From positions 6,634,001 to 6,698,000 of the forward strand of contig NC_043016.1 of assembly GCF_006345805.1 (NCBI RefSeq): DNA of 64,000 bases, read 5' to 3'. The notes below the pieces were generated by a model. It was not told where the DNA came from. It saw nothing but the letters and a program-made list of their open reading frames with translations, and ran no database searches. Of the stretch, positions 1-18,545 are shown piece after piece. A program made the translations under genes and the position numbers. The number at the start of each line of letters is the position of its first letter. The stretch's first letter is position 1. This stretch comes from Octopus sinensis. Taxonomy: Eukaryota.

Positions 1-536
1 TATGAAGGAAGAAAAAGAGTGATTAGGGTGACAGTATGGAAAAGTGCTGATAAACAAGAGAGACAGATATGGCAAATGGAAATGGAGAGAGAGAGAGAGA
101 CTAATGAAACTTACATGTCTTCTGACAAGAGAGAGAAGGAATGATTATATATACATATATATATATATATATATAAATATATATATAACAAATAAGAAAA
201 TGAGAAGAAACAAATTAATTTGTTCATCAACTTGTTCATCAACTTTGTTCATCAACAAACTGAGAACATCAAAAGCATACAAAATATTATATAAATCAAT
301 AGATAAGATAATAATACAAATACAGATTTCAAAAGTCATATTATAAATTAATGAAATCCAGAAATTACTTCTTACAGCTACAATATATGACTTAATTGCA
401 TTGCAATTAAAAACATTTATGTATTAAGAATTTGGGTACTTTACCAACAGTATATTGGATAAATGATATCCCATAGTGGGTTACACCCATAACCTCTATC
501 TTACTTTGTAGCATATATATATATATATATATATAT

Positions 537-847
537 GTAAAAAGCACTATCCGAATTGTGGCCGATGCCAGCGCCGCCTCGACTGGCTTCCGTGCCGGTG
601 GCACGTAAAATGCACCAATCCGACCGTGGCCATTGCCAGCCTTGCCTGGCACCTGTGCGGGTGGCACGTAAAAAGCACCCACTACACTCACGGAGTGGTT
701 GGCGTTAGGAAGGGCATCCAGCTGTAGAAACACTGCCAGATAAGACTGGAGCCTGGTGCAGCCTTCTGGCTTCCCAGATCCCCGGTCGAAGCGTCCAACC
801 CATGCTAGAATGGAGAACGGATGTTAAACGATGATGATGATGATGAT
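537..847 (+). mobile_element. Retroposon 3' end/3' UTR fragment ending in (GAT)n (RTE-associated or SINE tail)
   Basis: GC-richer island ending ...ccaacccatgctagaatggagaacggatgttaaacgatgatgatg; a related tail (ccatgctagcatggg...ttaaatgatgatgatg) recurs near 7350-7395. Family assignment is inference. Confidence 0.5.
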
Positions 848-1277
848 ATATATATATATATAGTGGTAGAAATGGCTAGAAGTGAGAGGGTATTATGGGT
901 GTGAGTAACAAGTGATCTTGGAGAAAAGGAGTTGCAGCTAGATATTTTAGAAGAGGATTTTAATGGTAAGAGAATGCAAATGGCAGCCGGTCAAGATAGT
1001 AGCAGTAAGAGAGTGATATCAATGAAGGAATGTCATGATGAAAAGGAAGTGACCCACAGTTCAGCGAGGGTAAATGGAGGTGGAGGTGTATCAGATGGTA
1101 AAAAGGACCAAGCGTTCCCTCTTTATTCAAGCATTCATAATGTAAGAGAGTGGGTGTTGGTGATAGTAGTAAATGGTAGGGAAGAGCTTGTGTATGAACA
1201 GATCTAAAGTTTTACCCTCACAACATGAATAGCACATATTTAATATATATATGTGTGTGCATATATATATATATGTA

Positions 1278-1311
<34 letters not shown>

Positions 1312-1321
1312 ATATATATAT

Positions 1322-3502
1322 TGATAAAACGGTAAGATAACAAAAGAAAGAAAGAGACCTCAATATTATGTAAATAGAGGAAATTTATCTATACAATATG
1401 TTACATTACTCGGTAGTCAAGATAAACTCTGAGTTTCAGATGCCGAAGTGGAAATCCACAACAGCATCTCTTCGGTTATCTGGCTATTTGAAAACGTTAT
1501 GAAAAAATACCGTTAAAAATGAAGGGAAATTACTCTGTTATAACTCTGCTTTGCCTGCGTACTTATACATCGCTCGCATTTTTCGTCATAAAAATTATAT
1601 AAATACATAAAAAATATATAAAAAATATTAAAATATATAAAATCTTCTTGGGACATAACACAGAAAGCATGTTCTATCCGTTTTCTTAGGGGACCAAAAA
1701 CGTAACAGAAATTTAGTCATATGTGGGCATGATCCGAAAAGCTCTGTCCTTGTATTTAGACATGTGGTAGGGTCTAAGCTGCTTTCCAGATAAGCCATCT
1801 CTCCATGTCGCATAAACCGCACCTTCCGCTGCCGTTAGTGTAGGGCTTACATCTGGCCAAAATCTTCCATTGTATGTTATAATCGACACCTTTATCTCTT
1901 AAAGACCAAATATGATTGGATAATTGTGTCGCTTTTCTTTTGTTCCAGTGCCTAAAGCTCAAAGTGTGGTTATTGAACCTGGCCTTGAAATTACCCTCTG
2001 TCAGGCCCACGTATTTCTTCGTCGAACAACGTGTCTTTAGTGGTTATAGAGTTTACAGTAGCTTCATATATGATGGTCTTGGACATGCAAGCTCCATTTA
2101 GCGGGCACAATTCTTTATTCCTGCATGAACAGCTGTTTTCTTCTTGTGTTTTTTGTATGTTATGATTGATTATGTTTTTAAAATTGGTAGTTGAACTAAA
2201 ACTAATTTTTAAATTGTGTCTATTGAAGAGTTTCCTATAAGCATGGTTAACTGGAAAATGTCTATCTATCAGTGCTAGGAAATATTTACCTATATTGAAG
2301 GCCACCTCGGGTGAGTAAGGGGCGTAAACCAGATGACCTTCCTATTTCTATTATTCCTTTTCCTTACTGTTGGGCTGGTGATAGGTGTATATTTTATTTT
2401 TTCGCTAAAACCACTATCTTTTAAAGCTTATTATAAACTGGGGCAACGCTATTGAAGATGTCCTCATTAGATGAGAGGCTAGAAATCCTCTTACTAATAT
2501 TTTTAACTAAATTTTTGAATACTATAGGGGGATGGCATGAACCTACATTAATATAACTTAGTCTATCATTGGGCTTCCTATAAGGCTTATAAATATTATT
2601 ATTAAGATCTAAGGAAACGTCTAAGAAATTGACAACCGTCATGTTAGTGTCTATAGTTATACTAAGTCCGAAGTGTTTCATTAACTGGATAATATCCTTC
2701 CTAAACGATCTTGTGCTGGTCCATTTGTATTAGCTGTTAAGGCGAGGGCATCATCTTTGTAGATGGCGAAATGTACGTTAGGGAATGTCTTACCGAAGGT
2801 ATCTAGGAGAAAGAGTCCAATTAGATCACAGATGCCTGCCCCATCATATGAACCCATGCTCACATCGAAAGCGCCCTCCGTGTCGGTGTTTTTACCCACT
2901 TTGCATTCTCACTGAAAAGTAATGTCTTTCTAGCATGGAAGATTATATCCTTATCATTGGTACTAATTTCTATGAAGTCACTAGCAAAGATTAGGGCTTT
3001 ATCTAGCAGTTCTTTAGAGATAGAGGCATAAAAATCAACAATATCGAATTGTGTAAACCTCGCTTTTTTCTTATTCAATAGCTTTAAACCAGTCTACGAC
3101 TTCTATACTATTGGATCATTGCACTAGCCTAGTATCGGTCTTAATTTTCGTATTTATTTTATCTAAAATTTCTTTGCTAATAATCCCTAGTTTGACTTGG
3201 CTGGGTTGATAAGCCTACATTTAGGGTTGGAAAGGAAGTTTTCTTTGTGGTCTTTAATAGTAATAAAGGCCTCTTTTTGGGGGAGGGTTTCTATTTTTTT
3301 ATCTAATTTAAGTTTAGCGGCGATGACGCTAGCTTCTTTATTAATTTCGTTATATGTCTGTGCCCTAGCCTTAGTATAATTATTAGTAATGCTGTTGTGT
3401 AAGAGTTGTGTGTATTTGCTGTTATCTACCAGGTATAAGTTCTTGGTTTTATCCGAAAAAAGTGCTTTTTTCTTGGAGCTTTTTATATGATCAATATCTT
3501 TT
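1322..3502 (-). mobile_element. Penelope-like element, inverted 5'-truncated copy (left arm of palindrome)
   Basis: 1387-3502 is the reverse complement of 3790-5901; minus-strand ORF pieces 1628-1822, 1774-2010, 1991-2305, 2421-2681, 2681-2899 and 2860-3078 match the plus-arm RT and GIY-YIG pieces. Confidence 0.9.
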
Positions 3503-5897
3503 ATATGATCAATATCATAGATTATTCTATGAAAAATATACCGATCCCATCAAAGGATTTTTACTCTAAGAAACTTCTGCAAAAAATTACTGATGTAATT
3601 AAGCGTATGAGATGGAAGGCTTTCTTTTTTGACACAGAAGCGAACACCAAGGAAAACATTTTTATCGGATAAAATCCAAAAAATGCCTTCCTAGGATTAA
3701 AGGCTTGGAAGATTTCGAAGCGGACCTGCTGAAGATCATGAGCAAAATAAAGTTTCGTAAGTCTTTTAATAATTCCAACATAAATTGAAAAAAGATATTG
3801 ATCATATAAAAAGCTCCAAGAAAAAAGCACTTTTTTCGGATAAAACCAAGAACTTATACCTGGTAGATAACAGCAAATACACACAACTCTTACACAACAG
3901 CATCACTAATAATTATACTAAGGCTAGGGCACAGACATATAACGAAATTAATAAAGAAGCTAGCGTCATCGCGCTAAACTTAAATTAGATAAAAAAAATA
4001 GAAACCTCCCCCAAAAAGAGGCCTTTATTACTATTAAAGACACAAAGAAACTTCCTTCCAACCCTAAATGTAGGCTTATCAACCCAGCCAAGTCAGAACT
4101 AGGGATTATTAGCAAAGAAATTTTAGATAAAATAAATACGAAAATTAAGACCGATACTAGGCTAGTGCAATGATCCAATAGTATAGAAGTCGTAGACTGG
4201 TTTAAGCTATTAAGAATAAGAAAAAAGCGAGGTTTACACAATTCGATATTGTTGATTTTTATGCCTCTATCTCTAAAGAACTGCTAGATAAAGCCCTAAT
4301 CTTTGCTAGTGACTTCATAGAAATTAGTACCAATGATAAGGATATAATCTTCCATGCTAGAAAGACATTACTTTTCAGTGAGAATGCAAAGTGGGTAAAA
4401 AACACCGACACGGAGGGCGCTTTCGATGTGAGCATGGGTTCATATGATGGGGCAGGCATCTGTGATCTAATTGGACTCTTTCTCCTAGATACCTTCGGTA
4501 AGACATTCCCTAACGTACATTTCGCCATCTACAAAGATGATGCCCTCGCCTTAACAGCTAATACAAATGGACCAGCACAAGATCGTTTTAGGAAGGATAT
4601 TATCCAGTTAATGAAACACTTCGGACTTAGTATAACTATAGACACTAACATGACGGTTGTCAATTTCTTAGACGTTTCCTTAGATCTTAATAATAATATT
4701 TATAAGCCTTATAGGAAGCCCAATGATAGACTAAGTTATATTAATGTAGGTTCATGCCATCCCCCTATAGTATTCAAAAATTAGTTAAAAATATTAGTAA
4801 GAGGATTTCTAGCCTCTCATCTAATGAGGACATCTTCAATAGCGTTGCCCCAGTTTATAATAAAGCTTTAAAAGATAGTGGTTTTAGCGAAAAAATAAAA
4901 TATACACCTATCACCAGCCCAACAGTAAGGAAAAGGAATAATAGAAATAGGAAGGTCATCTGGTTTACGCCCCCTTACTCACCCGAGGTGGCCTTCAATA
5001 TAGGTAAATATTCCTAGCACTGATAGATAGACATTTTCCAGTTAACCATGCTTATAGGAAACTCTTCAATAGACACAATTTAAAAATTAGTTTTAGTTCA
5101 ACTACCAATTTTAAAAACATAATCAATCATAACATACAAAAAACACCAAGAAGAAAACAGCTGTTCATGCAGGAATAAAGAATTGTGCCCGCTAAATGGA
5201 GCTTGCATGTCCAAGACCATCATATATGAAGCTACTGTAAACTCTATAACCACTAAAGACACCGTTTCGACGAAGAAATACGTGGGCCTGACAGAGGGTA
5301 ATTTCAAGGCCAGGTTCAATAACCACACTTTGAGCTTTAGGCACTGGAACAAAAGAAAAGCGACACAATTATCCAATCATATTTGGTCTTTAAAGATAAA
5401 GGTGTCGATTATAACATACAATGGAAGATTTTGGCCAGATGTAAGCCCTACACTAACGGCAGAGGAAGGTGCGGTTTATGCGACATGGAGAGATGGCTTA
5501 TCTGGAAAAGCAGCTTAGACCCTACCACATGTCTAAATACAAGGACAGAGCTTTTCGGATCATGCCACATGTGACTAAATTTCTGTTACGTTTTTGGTCC
5601 CCTAAAGAAAACGGATAGAACATGCTTTCTGTGTTATGTCCCAAGAAGATTTTATATTTTTAATATTTTTTAATATTTTATGTATTTTATATATTTTTAT
5701 GACAAAAAATGCGAGCGATGTATAAGTACGCAGGCAAAGCAGAGTTATAACAGAGTAATTTCCCTTCATTTTAACGGTATTTTTTCATAACGTTTTCAAA
5801 TAGCCAGATAACCGAAGAGATGGTGTTGTGGATTTCCACTTCGGCATCTGAAACTCAGAGTTTTATCTTGACTACCGAGTAATGTAACATATTGTAT

Positions 5898-5901
<4 letters not shown>
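3503..5901 (+). mobile_element. Penelope-like element (RT + GIY-YIG endonuclease), frameshifted
   Basis: YSMKNIPIPS...IKRMRWKAFFF N-terminus, RLINPAKS, DIVDFYASI, MGSYDGA, YKDD, FLDVSLDL, IIYEATV...KKYVGLTEGNFKARFNNH, CGLCDMER; motifs typical of PLE polyproteins. Confidence 0.92.
5806..5868 (+). ncRNA. Type I hammerhead ribozyme motif (U4C variant) in PLE 3' region
   Basis: Stem I AGATAA(5806-5811)/TTATCT(5863-5868); core CCGAAGA; stem II GATG...CATC; GAAA; stem III ACT-CAG-AGT; predicted cut after GTT at 5862. Mirror copy at 1420-1481 (-) has one T fewer. Confidence 0.7.
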
Positions 5902-5940
<39 letters not shown>

Positions 5941-6954
5941 GGTATATATATATATAGATAGATAGATAGATAGATAGCTAAATAGATACATCATATATGT
6001 GTATATATATATGTATATATATATGATATATATATATATGTATTATATATGTGTGTGTGTATACTATATAATTATATATAGATATTATATATAGTATGTA
6101 TTATATATGTAGTATGTATGCATGTATATATATATATATGTGATATCTTCAGTATTTCAGTGTTTGTATGCATAAATGTGTGCCGGTATATATACACACA
6201 CACACTCAAAAGACACACATCACACACATATATATGCATATGCATGTGTTTCTATACACACACATGCACACACATATATATATATGCATATGCATGTGCT
6301 TATATACACACACACAGAGACAGACACGTATATATAGAGACAGAAGAAGAAGGAGACAGAGAAAGACAGAGAGAGAGAGAGAGATGTGTGTCTACATACA
6401 TATGTATTTACATATACGCACACATCAACAAACACACACACACATGTACAAATACATATGCATACATGTATTTCTTCCTGAGAAACTATTCCTGAAACAA
6501 TACACTACATTTCCAGACTTGATTAACAGAGAACAACAACAACGACTTCAACAGGGAAGGTGGCAGTTCTTGTTTATGTTTTAAACAAAAGACGGAAATG
6601 AATAGAAAAGAAAAACTATAGACAAAACACACAAAAAAAAGACCTCAATGGACTCAAAGAAACAAAACCAAAGAATAAAAATAACATTAGTTTCATAAAA
6701 CAATTACAAACACAAACCTCACTAACCACCACCACCGAAAACTTTATATTTATTGTCCCAGCTACTCTTGCATACCTGACATTGGTTACATGGAATTTGT
6801 TAAGGTAAATTTTTCTACAACTGGGTGCCCTTCTTGTTGCCAACCTTCACCTGTTTCAAGACAAGGTAATGTTTTTCCATGGCTGACTGGAAATGTTTTT
6901 ATGCAAGATTGAAATGAAGGACACCATATATATATATATATATATATATATATT

Positions 6955-7160
6955 TCTTTACTACCCACAAGGGGACAAACAAGGACAGACAATCGGATTA
7001 ATTCGATTACATCGATCCCAGTGCGTAACTGGTACTTAATTTATCAACCCCGAAATGATGAAAGGCAAAGTCGACCACGGCGGAATTTGAACTCAGAACG
7101 TAACGGCAGACGAAATACGGCTACGCATTTCGCCCGGCGTGCTAACGTTTCTGCCAGCTC
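6955..7160 (-). mobile_element. tRNA-derived SINE, family A
   Basis: Reverse complement gagctggcagaaacgttagcacgccgggcgaaatg...gttcaaattccgccg; many copies in the window. Confidence 0.85.
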
Positions 7161-7599
7161 ATATATATATATGATGGGCTTCTTTCGGTTTCAACCAAAT
7201 TTTCTCACAAGGCTTTGGTTGACCTGGGGCTATAACAGAACAGTCCCACAATATAATTAAGATGCTATACAGGGAAACTGAACCAGAAAACAAGATTATT
7301 GGGAAGCAAACTTCTTTTGCCTATTTATCTGTCTGTTTATCAAAGACTGACCCATGCTAGCATGGGTAAAAGAACATTAAATGATGATGATGATGGGGGG
7401 GAGGGGTTGATGTAAGCACTGGAAAAGTGATACAGAAAAGCTAAAGTGCAATGTGTGTAAGAAATTTTCCATGTTATTAAGCTAAAATTTTTAAAGATCT
7501 TTCCAAACGTTATCGCATGTATCCACCATTAACATGTTGACTTTATCATTTGTCAAACATTTGATGTGGTAAGTTTATTACCCAGTATATCCAATACAG

Positions 7600-7915
7600 T
7601 GTATCGTCATTTCCTCTGTGAGGCCCGACGTGACACCAGCACGGATATCACAACTACAATATCCATACAATTTTTATTTTGATGTTGATGAACTTGGCAC
7701 AATAGGTCTCCTCAAGCACAACAGACTGTCCTGCAAGCCATGAACAGGTCTTCAAAGTCACAGCATATCTCCAGAGGTCTTGGTCTTTCGTCAAATCCTC
7801 AGTGAGGTTCAACATACGAAGGTCATGCTTGACCACCTCGTCCCATGTCTTCCTAGGTCTACCTCTACCCTGGATTCCTTCAATCGATTGGGAGTGGCAC
7901 TTCTTCACACACCTC
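7600..7915 (-). mobile_element. RTE-clade LINE 3' fragment
   Basis: GRGRPRKTWDEVVKHDL...DQDLWRYAV, a typical RTE ORF C-terminus. Confidence 0.7.
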
Positions 7916-8074
7916 AAAGTTTATCTTCCTATTTCATGTTTTCGTATTTCATGTTGTTTACATTTTGATATCCTATAGCCATATATGCATGTATATATAC
8001 ATATATATGTATGTATGTACATATATGTATGTGTATATATATATATATATATATTATTTATATAATTATATGAT

Positions 8075-8660
8075 TGAACGCCACACATCCATTTCCAAGT
8101 AAGTTTATCTTAATAATTTTGATGCAACTCTCACCTGTACTGTTCTCTCTCTCTCCACCTTTTGCTTTCTCTCTTCCTTTCTCAAATTCTTTTTCTCCCC
8201 TTCACCATTTTCTATCTGTCCCTCTCTTTCTCCCTCTTCCTCCTTTACTCTCTTGTTGCTCACATGTGACCATCGTCCATCTTTCTTTTCCCCACGTGAT
8301 CATCTTTCTTTTCTTCTGGTCTGTGTTACAGACCAGACGCATTCTTCTCTGTCTCCTCTCCCATCTTTTCTCCTGCCAAAGAATGTTCCTCCAGCAGTTG
8401 CCACCTTACCTCGTATGACCTAGCAGCTCTCACTGTTTGTTTTCACTGTCCTTTTTTTGTTACCAGCTTTGACCCTCAGCAAATCCAAAATTTTCCTTTG
8501 GTTTGCACGAGCAACTGTTTCCTCGAAGGCACATATTTTCGAGAATTGCTCGAAATGTGGAGTAGATAAAACAGCCAGCATCTGATGAAGGGTCGTTCTT
8601 TATGTTACTTGTCTTGTTTTCCATTTCATGTTTTGGTATTTCGTATTTTATGCTATGTCT
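8075..8660 (+). repeat. Dispersed repeat (ctgatgaagggtc family)
   Basis: Shares gaacgccac(a/g)catccatttc...aagtaag and ctgatgaagggtc...ttacttgtc blocks with 34390-34815 and 39860-39985. Confidence 0.65.
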
Positions 8661-9194
8661 AGAAGTAGTGAAGGCTGATATCAGTTATACAGAACTTCAC
8701 AAATGGGATGTAAAAAAGGACAGCAGAAATGGTGGACCACATACCTAGACAAATGATAGTTGTGGTGGTGGTGGTGGTGGTTGTAATGGTGATAATGATG
8801 ACAATGATGGTGATGATGATGATGGAGATGACAATGATGGTATTAATGATGGTGAAAGTGATGATGATGATGTTGATGGTGATAGCGGTGACAAATGGCT
8901 TGAAGACAGTAAAATCAACCCATCTAGAAATGACTCTCACCACTGTCCTACTCACGTTACACAACACCATTGTTTCATTATGTATATTAATTATTGTTTA
9001 TAATTATGTATATTGTCGTTTATAATTATGTTTTCATGCAGTCATCACAAGATATATCTTTGTTTATGATGGATTTTTGTTGTTGTTGTTGTTCTTCTTC
9101 TCCTTCTTCTTCTCCTTCTCCTTCTCCTCCTTCTTCTCCTTCTTCTTCTCATTTCTTCTTCTTCTACTTTTTCTTCTTCTTCTCCTTTTTCCAC

Positions 9195-9294
9195 NNNNNN
9201 NNNNNNNNNNNNNNNNNNNNNNNNNNNNNNNNNNNNNNNNNNNNNNNNNNNNNNNNNNNNNNNNNNNNNNNNNNNNNNNNNNNNNNNNNNNNNN
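9195..9294. other. Assembly gap (100 N)
   Basis: Run of n. Confidence 1.
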
Positions 9295-9707
9295 ACTCAC
9301 ATCCATTCAACTCTCTTTACTCTTTTACTTGTTTCAGTCATTTGTCTGCGGCCATGCTGGAGCACCACCTTTAGTCGAGCAAATCGACTCCGGGACTCAT
9401 TCTTTGGAAGCCCAGTACTTATTCTATCGGTTTATTTTGCCGAACCGCTAAGTGACGGGGACGTAAACACACCAGCATCGGTTGTCAAGCAATGCTAGGG
9501 GGACAAACACAGGCACACACACACACATACATATATATACATATATATGACAGGCTTCTTTCAGTTTTCGTCTACCAAATCCACTTACAAGGCATTGGTC
9601 GGCCCGAGGCTATAGCAGAAGACACTTGCCCAAGATGCCACGCAGTGGGACTGAACCCGGAACAATGTGGTTGGTTAGCAAGCTACTTACCACACAGCCA
9701 CTCCTGC
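9295..9707 (-). mobile_element. tRNA-derived SINE, family B
   Basis: Reverse complement gcaggagtggctgtgtggtaagtag...gggttcagtcccactgcgtggc, with A/B-box-like head and ccttgggcaag; homologous to 36185, 38674 and 53975. Confidence 0.85.
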
Positions 9708-10287
9708 ATAAATATTGAAACGAAAACCAAGAGAGAGAGAGCCGGACATAGATGAAGCTGATTTAGAGGAGAGAAGGTGTGTCACTGAAGAGGTTGCATG
9801 TGGTGATGAAAGGACTTTGATAAGCCTAGTTGAAACAAGCGGTTAGTTTGTTGTTTAAAATACAGTAAACCAACTGGCGAATAATAAAGAAGTGGAATTG
9901 AACCAATGCAGGTGTTCATAATTGGCATAATGACCTTCCGAGATACAACAAGTTCTGCTTCAACATACCAGTTCAAGAATTTTGTAAACTAATTGCAAAA
10001 ACGTAATATATTAATATCTGTTAAACTTTTATTCATAGTTTTTATATTTAGTAAGAAAGGGAATATTTGCAACTGCGAAATATTTAAAGGATTCTGGTAT
10101 AGTAGAAAGAAAAGAGGGACCAATTCTTAGGTCGGAGATTTGGCAAGTGTTATGTGGAATTCGGTGTCCGATTAAATCTGAAGTCTGTCGTTTGGAATGT
10201 TCCTTCCAAACCGCCTCTTCGCAGATTTCGTTACAAAACTTCAGGAGTGGAAGAGCTTTGAGGGTGTCTGTCTATGTCTGCATATGT

Positions 10288-10670
10288 GGAGGCGCAATGG
10301 CCCAGTGGTTAGGGCAGCGGACTCGCGGTCGTAGGATCGCGGTTTCGATTCCCAGACCGGGCGTTGTGAGTGTTTATTGAGCGAAAACACCTAAAAGCTC
10401 CACGAGGCTCCGGCAGGGGCTGGTGGTGATCCCTGCTGTATTCTTTCACCACAACTTTCTCTCACTCTTACTTTCTGTTTCTGTTGTACCTGTATTTCAA
10501 GGGGCCGGCCTTGTCACTCTCTGTGTCACGCTGAATATCCCCGAGAACTACGTTAAGGGTACACGTGTCTGTGGAGTGCTCAGCCACTTACACGTTAATT
10601 TCACGAGCAGGCTGTTCCGTTGATCGGATCAACCGGAACCCTCGTCGTCGTAACCGACGGAGTGCTTCCA
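10288..10670 (+). mobile_element. tRNA-derived SINE, family C
   Basis: Head tggcccagtggttagggcagcggactc...ggtttcgattccc (A/B boxes); 3' part shared with 21650-21887. Confidence 0.8.
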
Positions 10671-10849
10671 TCTATACCTGCATGTGACTTCACAGGCATG
10701 AAAACTAACGAGAGAAGGCCTAGTCATACCCACTTGCAGTTGACCGCTGACTGTATTATTATAACAATTAATTACAATTGTTATCAAGCTGGTGGGGATT
10801 AATTACTAGGTTTACTAGATTAAATCATCTTATCATTATTCCAAGGAGA

Positions 10850-11170
10850 AAGCAGCGAGCTGACAGAATCGTTACGCATCGAGCAAAATGCTTTGTATCA
10901 TTCCGTCCCTCTATACATTCTGCGTTCAAATTCCGCCGAGGTCGACTTTACCTTTTCGATAAAATAAGTACCAGTTACGCACTGGGGTTGATATAATCAA
11001 CTTAATTCCTTCCCCAAAATTTGAGGCCTTGCGCTTCCAGTAGAAATGATTGTTACTAGTTGTAAAGAAGGCAGCGAGCTGGCAAAATGCTTTGTGAGAT
11101 TTCGTCTGTTTTTACTTTTTGAATTCAAAGTACGTCGAGGTCAACTTTGCCCTTTCATTCTTTCGGGGAT
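10850..11170 (+). mobile_element. Two degenerate family A SINEs (10850-11055, 11069-11170)
   Basis: gcagcgagctg(a/g)ca...ttcaaattccgccgaggtcgacttt motifs. Confidence 0.7.
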
Positions 11171-11442
11171 TAAAACAAAATGACTCTCCCCAGACACAAC
11201 AAAATATGCTTTAACACACGAATTCACATAAAGAATCTTCCGAACCAAATACAAAAACGAAATACAATTGGAAACACATCTTCTTACGTGAGAGCTTCTT
11301 CATTAATATATATATATTCATTGTTTATATACATATATATTCATGTATAACACACACACACACACATATATATATGTGTGTGTGTGTGTTGTTATATATA
11401 ATATATATGTGTGTACTTATATATATAACATATATATTATAT

Positions 11443-11490
<48 letters not shown>

Positions 11491-11491
<1 letters not shown>

Positions 11492-12010
11492 GAGAAAGAA
11501 GCAACAAGAATGGATAAGTTTTTAGTACAATCGTTTCATACAAAGACAGGCTTTATTAAAAGTTGCAAAAAATTGCAGCATATAAACGTGTCCCGTACTC
11601 ATCAGCTAAAATACATGTGAGTTCTCTAGCATCTTAGTGGTTGAGGCTATACTCATGAAGTAATGTAGATAATTAAGTAACATAAACAGATTTCCAAAGT
11701 TCATTAAAGTTCTTTAAAGATGATGTACAGTCTTATCACAGATTTTTAAAAACTTTTTTAAAAATCTGTGATAAGACTGTACATCATCTTTAAAGAACTT
11801 TAATGAACTTTGGAAATCTGTTTATGTTACTTAATATCTACATTACTCATGAGTATAGCCTCAACCACTAAGATGTCTAGAGAACTCACATGTATTTTAG
11901 CTGATGAGTACGGGACACGTTTATATGCTGCAATTTTGCAACTTTTAATAAGCCTGTCTTTGTATGAACGATTGTACTAAAAACTTATCCATTCTTGTGC
12001 TTCTTTCTCG
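11491..12010. repeat. Near-perfect ~520-bp palindrome (about 260-bp arms, centre near 11753)
   Basis: cgagaaagaagcaacaagaatgg... is mirrored by ...ccattcttgtgcttctttctcg; almost no spacer. Confidence 0.95.
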
Positions 12011-12128
12011 CTTATAATCACCCCCATTACTGTATTGTTAAACCGTATGTTTTTTGGTGCATCTAAGTTAGGTACCATATTCAAGTAAATTCATTAAAAT
12101 TGACTTGAATCTTTATTGCTTTATATAT

Positions 12129-12198
<70 letters not shown>

Positions 12199-13574
12199 GA
12201 TAGGTTTAAGAGACAGAATTACCCTCAAGCAACTCAATCATCATTGAATGACATTATCCACAATAGGTACATATAGGACTAAATATTAAAATTATCAAAA
12301 TTAATACCTACAATTCTTATTTCAAATCATATACTTTACATTATCTTGTCTACTCGCGTTTCATGACAACATATTCCTCGATATTGTTGAATTAGAATGT
12401 CTATATACAGTACCATATTAAAATGGTTATATTGTCAATCTTCAGGTCTGTCTTATATGAACTTATTTTGCTATTTACATCGTATATTAAGACATGACAA
12501 ACTAAAATTATATAACTAGAAGTTGTTGGAATAATTTTACTTTAGTAAATAATGAACAGAAATGTGGAATAAAAGTAGGAAAAAAGAAATATTAGTAAAA
12601 AGAAATGTTAACTTATCTGTATGGTAATTTTCTCTCCATGAATTAAAACTGGCTACCATCAATTGTATAATCCAACATTGAGAGCTACTTTGTAGGGGAG
12701 ATAATTCTTATTAACATTTAAAAGTTCTTAAAAGGTATTTTCTACTATTCATAATAATAATAAATCAGGAGAAACCAGAAGTGAGTGTATGATGGAAATA
12801 GTCTAATTTTTTCTGGTTAATTTAATTTATTTTTATGTTAAACTTTGATAAGTTATAAATTTCTAGGACGGTAAATAGATAAGCTAAATTACTTAACATA
12901 TATTTTAAAATAATTAAAAATATTTTGAACTAAGTAAAAGACAGTAAAATTAGTAAAAATCAGTAAAAAAAAAATCTAATTTTTTATTATTTTTATAATT
13001 ATAATACAATTAATATATATTGATTATACTATTATTCTTTAAATTGACGTTATTCTTAAAATTGAGTTTCTAAATTAAGATTAAAAATTTAGAATAATAC
13101 CATTTAATATTATACTATAGATTTTTATTAAGAAACTAAAATATCTGAAATTAGAAGTTAATTAAATATTATCTTACATTTATAAATAAATAAGTAGATA
13201 TATTCTAGTTATACTAAATAATTAAAAACATATGATTATACCTTATATCTAATTATTATGATTAAATTTATTTGATTTAAAGTTAGGGTTTTATTTATTT
13301 TCTAAAGAATCAAAAGTTATCTCATCTTATTAAATAAGCAATTCAGTTTATGTTTACATTTAATTTTTCATTCATCTTGGGTGTTGATTAGTCTTATTTT
13401 AGCTTTTAATATTTTCATAAATTCGTGTGTACACAGAAGAAAGAATTCATTACCTATTCTATATGATTTCGTTTTACATATTAGTTCATCAATTTTTATT
13501 CTTAAAAGAGTACAAATGCTGAGCCACCCTTTGTCTAATTTTATTAGATGTTGATCCAGTGCAAATCACATTTT

Positions 13575-18545
<4,971 letters not shown>

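Noticed and set aside
860-1230. Purine-rich stretch with faint PLE-like peptide on the minus strand
   Set aside because: Too degenerate to support a call.
8581-8640. CTGATGA at 8582, 34712 and 39871 as hammerhead cores
   Set aside because: No stem II partner or GAAA follows, so they are kept only as a dispersed repeat.
10288-10365. SINE heads as tRNA genes (also families A and B)
   Set aside because: They have A/B boxes but no complete cloverleaf and continue into repeat bodies.
12240-13550. Very AT-rich stretch with short matches to mitochondrial rRNA/tRNA motifs (ttatc..tatggtaa, taatccaacattgag, agataagctaa), suggesting a NUMT
   Set aside because: Matches are short, and the two 16S-like motifs are in the wrong order for a collinear copy. 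A BLASTn against mitogenomes would be needed.
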